Sequence record: OW849040.1
Source: a plasmid
DNA: 56,641 bases
Reading direction: 5' to 3' (one strand)
The notes below the pieces were generated by a model that made no database searches, was not told the DNA's origin, and was given only the letters and a program-made list of their open reading frames with translations. This document shows, in pieces, positions 50,884 to 56,641 of the stretch. The position numbers and the translations under genes were made by a program. Position 1 is the stretch's first letter. Every line of letters begins with the position of its first letter.

Positions 50884-51290
50884 GCTGCTAAGCCATAACC
50901 CAGCCCGCCGCCACGCAGCTGCCGCACGTCCCCCACGGGGGTGCGCAGTGGGCGCCGCGCGCCTGCGCGCGGGTACGGCGGCCCGCCTGCGGGTCGCGGC
51001 GCCGTACTGCGAGTTAGCGGCCGCCGCGCGGCCGGTTACGGGGGACACCGCACCGTCACGGCCAGCGCCCCACTGAGCTGCACAATCCACGGATAATGCA
51101 GGAGACGAATCATGATAGGAGGCTGAAGGGGAAATGAGCGGCAGCAGGGGAAGGGGTTGCCAAGCGGAGCGCGGAGGCCGCAGGCCGGAGGCGTCAGTGG
51201 CAGCTGCCCGCGTGAGCGGGGCGAGACGCGTAGCGGCTCGATGCGCAGCACAGCAGAACGGCCCCGGAGGGGTGACGTCCGGGGGTTCGC
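50884..51290. repeat. A-type (50884-51095) and B-type (51160-51290) GC-rich repeat copies
   Basis: A copy about 98 percent identical to 45541-45740. Confidence 0.7.
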
Positions 51291-51309
51291 TTTTAAAGAT
51301 TTTCGACCA

Positions 51310-51477
51310 CATCAGTAAATCGTAGTGACACCATGAAGCAAAAGTATCGTGCAGACCAGAATCAACAACAGTAACAGCAGACCTTTTTTTCGACGTAATA
51401 AAACCGGCCCCAAAGCGCCCGCAAGAAGCACACTCAACACGATTTCCGTTATGCTAATCGTATTCATAATCTCTCAC
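51310..51477 (-). CDS. 55-aa two-helix membrane peptide (MNTISITEIVLSVLLAGALGPVLLRRKKGLLLLLLILVCTILLLHGVTTIY)
   Basis: GAGAG RBS 6 nt upstream. Not in the ORF track (under 60 aa). Confidence 0.3.
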
Positions 51478-51539
51478 GTTTCCCTTTTTAGAACTCTGCC
51501 ACACACGGATAAAACCTTATAACAAAGCAACAAAACCCG

Positions 51540-51779
51540 TTATTCAGACACGGTAATGCCTAGTTTTTTTGCCAGAATTTCAGATGACAAAGAAACCCTT
51601 ATCGACTTCCCGGTTACAAGGTGAATGATTGTGGCTTCATGCCCTTCAACAGAGTGGGATATTAACTCACGCTGAATGATATGCGTCTCTCCATCATTTC
51701 CCGTCACGGCTATTAGGCTCTCTGTAGAACAGGGGTTGATACTACTAATGTTGGTGTTGTTTTCGGTTTTGTTCAGCAT
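51540..51779 (-). CDS. Hypothetical 79-aa protein
   Basis: Follows the 134-aa gene with a 10-bp gap. Same transcript probable. Confidence 0.4.
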   Translation of the reverse strand: MLNKTENNTNISSINPCSTESLIAVTGNDGETHIIQRELISHSVEGHEATIIHLVTGKSIRVSLSSEILAKKLGITVSE

Positions 51780-51788
51780 CGCTGATCC

Positions 51789-52193
51789 TCAAATATCGGT
51801 TTGTGTTACGTCTGCCGCTTTGCGCTGGATAAGCGACTTAAAGAAATCCGACGCCTTCAGAATATCGCTATCCTGGAAGTCGGGAAATGTCGCTTCTGTC
51901 AGCTCCTGCGCCGTACCTGCCCGTATAACGGTTTCATCGCGGATCATCGTTCGCTTAACGCCATCAGCCTGTTTTTTGCTGAAGGAGTGCCGGAAAATAA
52001 TCGCGTATTGGCCGCCGCTATCCTGATGAACAGAAGTATCCCAGCGATGATTACCCTGTTTACGATAGTGGTGATAGATTTGCTGGCCGTAGCGCTCCTG
52101 ATCGGAATTACGGTAATCGAACATTAACAGTTCCAAAAGCATTAACCGATCTGGCAATTGCCAGGCGGTAGGGTGTTGAAGTGTCGCTAACAT
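51789..52193 (-). CDS. Hypothetical 134-aa protein. Palindrome CGTGACAGTCACG (52207-52219) just upstream
   Basis: Possible antirestriction-type leading-region protein by context only. Confidence 0.4.
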   Translation of the reverse strand: MLATLQHPTAWQLPDRLMLLELLMFDYRNSDQERYGQQIYHHYRKQGNHRWDTSVHQDSGGQYAIIFRHSFSKKQADGVKRTMIRDETVIRAGTAQELTEATFPDFQDSDILKASDFFKSLIQRKAADVTQTDI

Positions 52194-52250
52194 AGTTTCC
52201 CCTGAGCGTGACAGTCACGATAAGGCGGGCTTTGCCCGCCTGGTTATCAG

Positions 52251-52676
52251 TTAATCAATGGCACGATAAATACGATTCTGGCTTTCGTTCTCCAGCGTAT
52301 TAACGTACTCCCGCAACAGGTGATACCGGTTAGCCATCGTTTCGTTCAGTTCGGCTTTGCCTTCTTCATATGCCAGCCCGCAAAAGTAACTGTAGGCATA
52401 CAGACAAACAATAATCCCTACTTCGCGCGCGCTGCATTCACCTTCAAAATAGTTAGGTAACGAGAGCCAAAGAGGTTGGGGCGCTTCCATAAAAAACGCG
52501 CCATTGCTGGCCTGAAGGTATTCCCAATACCCTCCCTGGTAGTCTTTAGCGTAACGATTCAGAAAGGACTGAATGAAGTGATCTGCGCTGAAGAAAGCGC
52601 CACGAAATGCCGCAGGCATGAAGTTCATGCGGGCGTTTTCAGAAATGTAGCGGGCGGTGATTTCGATAGTTTCCAT
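52251..52676 (-). CDS. Hypothetical 141-aa protein, first gene behind a CUP promoter copy (size consistent with IncN ArdB, unverified)
   Basis: AAGAGGAAG RBS. Promoter TTGACT-N17-GATAAT in 52680-52800. Terminator hairpin GGCGGGC-TTT-GCCCGCC after it. Confidence 0.45.
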   Translation of the reverse strand: METIEITARYISENARMNFMPAAFRGAFFSADHFIQSFLNRYAKDYQGGYWEYLQASNGAFFMEAPQPLWLSLPNYFEGECSAREVGIIVCLYAYSYFCGLAYEEGKAELNETMANRYHLLREYVNTLENESQNRIYRAID

Positions 52677-52679
52677 GAT

Positions 52680-52915
52680 ACTTCCTCTTTAAGCCGATAC
52701 CGGCGATGGTTAAGCGGCAGGCACATCACCTGCCACTTTTTAATTATCGTACAATGGGGCGTTAAAGTCAATACAAGTACGGATTATATTTACCTAATTT
52801 TATGCCCGTCAGAGCATGGAAGGCGACCTCGCCGGACTCCACCGGACACCGGGGGCAAATCGCCGGAAACTGCGGGACTGACCGGAGCGACAGGCCACCC
52901 CCCTCCCTGCTAGCC
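52680..52915 (-). repeat. CUP-like module copy (divergent P1 with leader hairpin GGCAGGTGATGTGCCTGCC, then P2, then a deleted A remnant)
   Basis: Alignable to 45305-45560 by eye. Confidence 0.65.
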
Positions 52916-53057
52916 CGCCGCCACGCGGCCGGTTACAGGGGACACTGAGAAAGCAGAAAGCCAACAAACACTATATATAGCGTTCGTTGGCAGCTGAAGC
53001 AGCACTACATATAGTAGAGTACCTGTAAAACTTGCCAACCTGACCATAACAGCGATA

Positions 53058-53073
53058 CTGTATAAGTAAACAG
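53058..53073 (+). promoter_or_regulatory. LexA (SOS) box CTGTATAAGTAAACAG upstream of mucA/umuD homologue
   Basis: CTGT-N8-ACAG consensus read directly, 18 bp before the start codon. Confidence 0.8.
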
Positions 53074-53090
53074 TGATTTGGAAGATCGCT

Positions 53091-53531
53091 ATGAAGGTCG
53101 ATATTTTTGAAAGCTCCGGCGCCAGCCGGGTACACAGCATCCCTTTTTATCTGCAAAGAATTTCTGCGGGGTTCCCCAGCCCGGCCCAGGGCTATGAAAA
53201 GCAGGAGTTAAACCTGCATGAGTATTGTGTTCGTCACCCTTCAGCAACTTACTTCCTGCGGGTTTCTGGCTCGTCAATGGAAGATGGCCGCATCCATGAT
53301 GGTGACGTACTGGTTGTGGATCGCTCGCTGACGGCCAGCCACGGCTCAATCGTAGTCGCCTGCATCCATAATGAATTTACCGTGAAGCGGCTACTGCTGA
53401 GGCCCAGACCCTGCCTGATGCCGATGAACAAAGATTTTCCTGTGTACTACATTGACCCGGATAATGAGAGCGTTGAAATCTGGGGAGTGGTTACGCATTC
53501 CCTTATCGAGCATCCGGTATGTTTGCGCTGA
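53091..53531 (+). CDS. mucA: UmuD/MucA-type self-cleaving subunit of translesion polymerase V
   Basis: 146 aa with LexA-like Ser/Lys cleavage domain (SGSSM ... K). mucA naming from IncN/pKM101 context. Confidence 0.8.
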   Translation: MKVDIFESSGASRVHSIPFYLQRISAGFPSPAQGYEKQELNLHEYCVRHPSATYFLRVSGSSMEDGRIHDGDVLVVDRSLTASHGSIVVACIHNEFTVKRLLLRPRPCLMPMNKDFPVYYIDPDNESVEIWGVVTHSLIEHPVCLR

Positions 53532-54784
53532 TTGATGTCAATGGCATGTACGCCAGCTGTGAGCAGGCATTTAGGCCAGATCTGGCAAACCGAGCAGTGG
53601 CCGTTTTATCCAACAATGACGGCAACATTGTGGCCCGTAATTACCTGGCGAAGAAAGCGGGCCTGAAAATGGGCGATCCGTACTTCAAAGTCAGACCCAT
53701 AATCGAGCGTCATAACATCGCTATTTTTAGCTCTAATTACACTCTCTATGCCTCCATGTCGGCCCGGTTCGCGGCCGTAGTTGAGTCCCTTGCAAGCCAC
53801 GTCGAACAGTATTCAATCGACGAGCTTTTTGTTGACTGCAAAGGGATAACGGCCGCCATGAGCCTTGACGCTTTCGGGCGCCAACTGCGCGAGGAAGTCA
53901 GGCGACACACAACGCTGGTATGCGGGGTCGGTATTGCCCGTACTAAGACGCTGGCGAAGCTGTGTAACCACGCTGCAAAAACATGGCCCGCTACTGGCGG
54001 GGTGGTTGCTCTGGACGATGGCGCCAGACTGAAGAAATTAATGAGCATCCTGCCGGTTGCGGAAGTCTGGGGCGTCGGCCATCGTACAGAGAAAGCACTC
54101 GCCACAATGGGGATCAAAACGGTGCTGGATTTAGCCAGGGCAGATACGCGCCTAATCCGTAAGACGTTTGGTGTTGTGCTTGAAAGAACGGTACGGGAGC
54201 TACGCGGCGAGGCTTGCTTCAGCCTGGAAGAAAACCCTCCGGCGAAGCAGCAGATTGTTGTATCGCGCTCATTCGGCCAACGCGTAGTAGCCCTGGCGGA
54301 TATGCAGCAGGCGATCACCGGATTTGCAGCGCGCGCAGCTGAAAAACTGCGTAATGAGCGGCAATACTGCCGCGTCATAAGCGTCTTTATCCGCACCAGT
54401 CCTTATTCAGTGCGTGATACACAGTATGCCAATCAGGCAACCGAAAAACTGACGGTGGCAACCCAGGACAGCCGCACGATAATTCAGGCGGCACAAGCCG
54501 CGCTGGCGCGGATCTGGCGGGAAGATATTGCGTATGCAAAAGCAGGGATCATGCTGGCCGATTTCAGCGGAAAGGAGGCCCAGCTGGATTTATTCGACTC
54601 TGCTACGCCTTCAGCTGGCAGCGAGGCGTTAATGGCTGTTCTCGATGGCATAAACCGGCGTGGCAAGAGCCAGCTGTTTTTTGCAGGCCAGGGCATCGAT
54701 AACTCCTTTGCCATGCGCCGTCAGATGTTGTCACCTGATTACACGACAGACTGGCGCTCGATACCAACAGCAACCATCAAATAA
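53519..54784 (+). CDS. mucB: UmuC/MucB-type Y-family DNA polymerase
   Basis: 421 aa MFALIDVNGMYASCE (UmuC N-terminal signature). Overlaps the mucA stop. Confidence 0.85.
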   Translation: MFALIDVNGMYASCEQAFRPDLANRAVAVLSNNDGNIVARNYLAKKAGLKMGDPYFKVRPIIERHNIAIFSSNYTLYASMSARFAAVVESLASHVEQYSIDELFVDCKGITAAMSLDAFGRQLREEVRRHTTLVCGVGIARTKTLAKLCNHAAKTWPATGGVVALDDGARLKKLMSILPVAEVWGVGHRTEKALATMGIKTVLDLARADTRLIRKTFGVVLERTVRELRGEACFSLEENPPAKQQIVVSRSFGQRVVALADMQQAITGFAARAAEKLRNERQYCRVISVFIRTSPYSVRDTQYANQATEKLTVATQDSRTIIQAAQAALARIWREDIAYAKAGIMLADFSGKEAQLDLFDSATPSAGSEALMAVLDGINRRGKSQLFFAGQGIDNSFAMRRQMLSPDYTTDWRSIPTATIK

Positions 54785-54898
54785 TTACCGGCGCCGCACG
54801 CGGGCCGGTCAACCCCTCAACCGGCCGAAACGAGTTTCGGCGCGGTTTCGCGGTTTTCGGTAAAAGGCGTTTCATCTGTATAAAAGATCAGCTAAATT

Positions 54899-54920
54899 AT
54901 GTGTATTGCACAATACATAT
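54899..54920. promoter_or_regulatory. Palindromic operator-like site TGTATTG-CA-CAATACA at the promoter of the SprT-like gene. Same palindrome occurs twice inside stbA (42825-42842, 42886-42903)
   Basis: Read directly. Confidence 0.5.
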
Positions 54921-54934
54921 ATGTGAGGTTAACA

Positions 54935-55726
54935 GTGAATTTGCCTACGCCCGAAACCTACGATGAACTTCAGAGAGCCTACGATTTTTTTAATGAGAAG
55001 CTATTCAGCAACGAGCTGCCGCCATGCCTGATAACGTTGCAGCGTGAGAAGCGAACGTATGGCTATTGTTCCTTTAAGCGTTTCGTCGGCCGTGAGAGTG
55101 GGTACACGGTAGACGAGATCGCTATGAATCCGGTGTATTTCTCGATCAGAACCATAAAGGCCACGCTTTCAACACTGGTGCATGAGATGGTTCATCAGTG
55201 GCAATTCCATTTTGGCGAGCCTGGCCGCCGTGGCTATCACAACAAACAGTGGGCGGCCCGGATGGAACGGGTAGGACTAATGCCTTCTGATACCGGCGAA
55301 CCGGGAGGCAGGAAAGTGGGCCAGAGCATGACCCATTATATTATTGCCGGTGGCCCTTTCGATATGGCCTGTGATGAACTGCTGACAGGCCATTTCCGGC
55401 TTTCCTGGATGGACAGGTTTCCGCCTTACCAGCCTAAGCCTGGCGCTGTGCTAAGCCCTACAGGAAAAGGCTATATTGACGACGAGGAAGATGATAGCGA
55501 ACACGAACAGGAGGTGGAGGAAGGGCGCGACCCGGTTGAACTCGACGACGAGATCATAGAGGCCATGCGATTTGTAACCCCGCCGCCTGAAGCGCCGGTG
55601 AACAAAACAAACCGGGAAAAGTACAGCTGCCCGGTGTGTCATATCAATCTCTGGGGTAAACCGGGGATAGTGGTTTACTGTGGTGGCGAGCACTGTAATA
55701 AAGCCGCGTTAGTAGTCTTAAAATAA
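54935..55726 (+). CDS. SprT-like zinc-metallopeptidase domain protein with C-terminal Cys4 zinc ribbon
   Basis: HEMVHQW motif, acidic linker, CPVCH...CGGEHC. GTG start behind GAGG RBS. The ORF track starts at 54899. Confidence 0.55.
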   Translation: MNLPTPETYDELQRAYDFFNEKLFSNELPPCLITLQREKRTYGYCSFKRFVGRESGYTVDEIAMNPVYFSIRTIKATLSTLVHEMVHQWQFHFGEPGRRGYHNKQWAARMERVGLMPSDTGEPGGRKVGQSMTHYIIAGGPFDMACDELLTGHFRLSWMDRFPPYQPKPGAVLSPTGKGYIDDEEDDSEHEQEVEEGRDPVELDDEIIEAMRFVTPPPEAPVNKTNREKYSCPVCHINLWGKPGIVVYCGGEHCNKAALVVLK

Positions 55727-55740
55727 AGTCCTTTCGGACT

Positions 55741-56082
55741 TTATTTTTTTTCCATTTCCGAGGTCGTGATGTTATTAATGCTGTACTTCGCGGCTTCTTT
55801 TAAAACAGTTTCAGCAAGGCTTGCTGGTATCCAGACCTGAACTAATTTTAATGGTTCGCCGTTCTCGGCTTTAAGAGTGGTGTTCTGGTACAAATCCCAG
55901 ATTCGCTTAACGGTGCTGGAAATGTTTTGCTTGGAACGGCCTACTCGCGTGGCTACGTCTGATGATTTCTCACCTTTGACAAGCACGGAATAGCCAATAT
56001 CTGTTGTGATGTGTGCAAAGGAAGCCATTTGCGGCAGCAGCTGTTTCCATTCTGTTTCTGAAATTCTGTTTTTCTGAGCCAT
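55741..56082 (-). CDS. KorA/TrfB-family HTH repressor (candidate CUP regulator, ArdK-like)
   Basis: 113 aa from MAQKNRISETEW behind GGAGG RBS. HTH segment SDVATRVGRSKQNISSTVKRIW resembles KorA. Promoter carries a P1-like TTGACC element (56100-56170). Confidence 0.5.
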   Translation of the reverse strand: MAQKNRISETEWKQLLPQMASFAHITTDIGYSVLVKGEKSSDVATRVGRSKQNISSTVKRIWDLYQNTTLKAENGEPLKLVQVWIPASLAETVLKEAAKYSINNITTSEMEKK

Positions 56083-56447
56083 CTGTGGCGCCTCCGTAGT
56101 TTTGGTTACAGAAAGGATATACTCAGAATAAACTGGGGTCAATACAAGTACGATTTTTATAAACTTTATTTTATTTGAGGGTGAGGCCCGGTGCGGCAGC
56201 AGCGCGGGCCTCGATGGTGCCGCGAAGGTGCTGGCGCCATGCTTGGATTAAAACATGAACCGTGAAGAACTGCGAAACTTGTTTTCGCGGTTCTGAGGGG
56301 TTGACCGAGCCGCGAAGCGGCGCTGGTAAGCGATGATATGCACATATCCACAGGCATATTTTTAAAAGGTATTTTATAGATTTTTTATCTTTTTAAAGTC
56401 TTTTAGAGCTATATAACTCATTGATTTAAAATCATAAATAAGTGTTA

Positions 56448-56560
56448 TCTCTGGGAATCCGCCCACCTTGTTATGGGAATTGGCCCACCTATCTATGGGA
56501 AACACCCCACCTTACTATGGGAATTAGCCCACCTTGTTATGGGAATTGGCCCACCTTAGA
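56448..56560 (+). repeat. Five direct 22-bp repeats (gggaattggcccaccttgttat consensus), iteron- or centromere-like, preceded by an AT-rich stretch
   Basis: Exact 22-bp phasing read directly. The cognate gene is presumably beyond the window end. Confidence 0.7.
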
Positions 56561-56641
56561 CGAAACTGTAAAAAATGTATTTACTTGTTTGAACTTTGTG
56601 GTAGTGTGGAGAGTAATTTTTAACCCACAAAGGCAAGGCTC

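Overview
This window reads as a large segment of an IncN-type (R46/pKM101/N3-like) conjugative multiresistance plasmid from Enterobacterales.

Backbone, in order:
- 1-720: Rep_3-type repA, then an unusually long array of about 28 contiguous 37/38-bp iterons (775-1826), a CUP-like GC-rich module, and a resolvase (resP-like, 2195-2764).
- 6454-9135: a convergent EcoRII restriction-modification pair.
- 9517-11748: a minus-strand block with an Mrr-like membrane nuclease, a KikA-like 104-aa secreted protein and a tandem H-NS-domain KorB-like regulator.
- 11857-22715: a complete pKM101-type VirB1-B11 type IV secretion operon with the eex lipoprotein and nuc.
- 36925-44113: relaxase traI, coupling protein traJ, traK, an oriT-like region and stbABC.
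- 44-56 kb: a leading-region-like stretch of small minus-strand genes, each behind a copy of a repeated promoter/operator module (TTGACT-N17-GATAAT plus palindrome, CUP-like), together with interspersed GC-rich hairpin-forming repeat families.
- 53058-55726: a LexA-box-controlled mucAB/umuDC-type operon and a SprT-like gene.
- 56448-56560: five 22-bp direct repeats at the window end.

Three accessory insertions can be reconstructed base by base:
- 2955-6399: a Tn402-family class 1 integron, IRi to IRt, flanked by a CTGTT 5-bp duplication. It carries intI1 with PcH1, a dfrA14-like cassette, a mobC fragment in place of the 3'-CS, and IS6100 flanked by inverted 123/152-bp IRt-end copies as in In4.
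- 23179-36583: a 13.4-kb Tn3-family composite bounded by related 38-bp IRs with a TATAT duplication. It splits a 208-aa gene coupled to traI (possibly fipA). Inside are IS26, qnrS1 and a resolvase. An IS26 is interrupted by a Tn2/Tn3-type transposon (GGGAT duplication) whose blaTEM encodes R244S, the inhibitor-resistant TEM-30-like change. A 3664-bp Tn5403-like cryptic transposon (TACAT duplication) sits inside a remnant tnpA.
- 48433-50883: a 2.45-kb insertion carrying an IS110-family transposase and an HExxH peptidase gene, placed exactly inside one CUP module.

No rRNA, tRNA or CRISPR was seen. Findings below list the novel or unusual observations, with two tiers of confidence. The mobile-element junctions, the TEM R244S substitution and the repeat architectures are read directly from the sequence. 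Anything involving the small leading-region proteins is inference.
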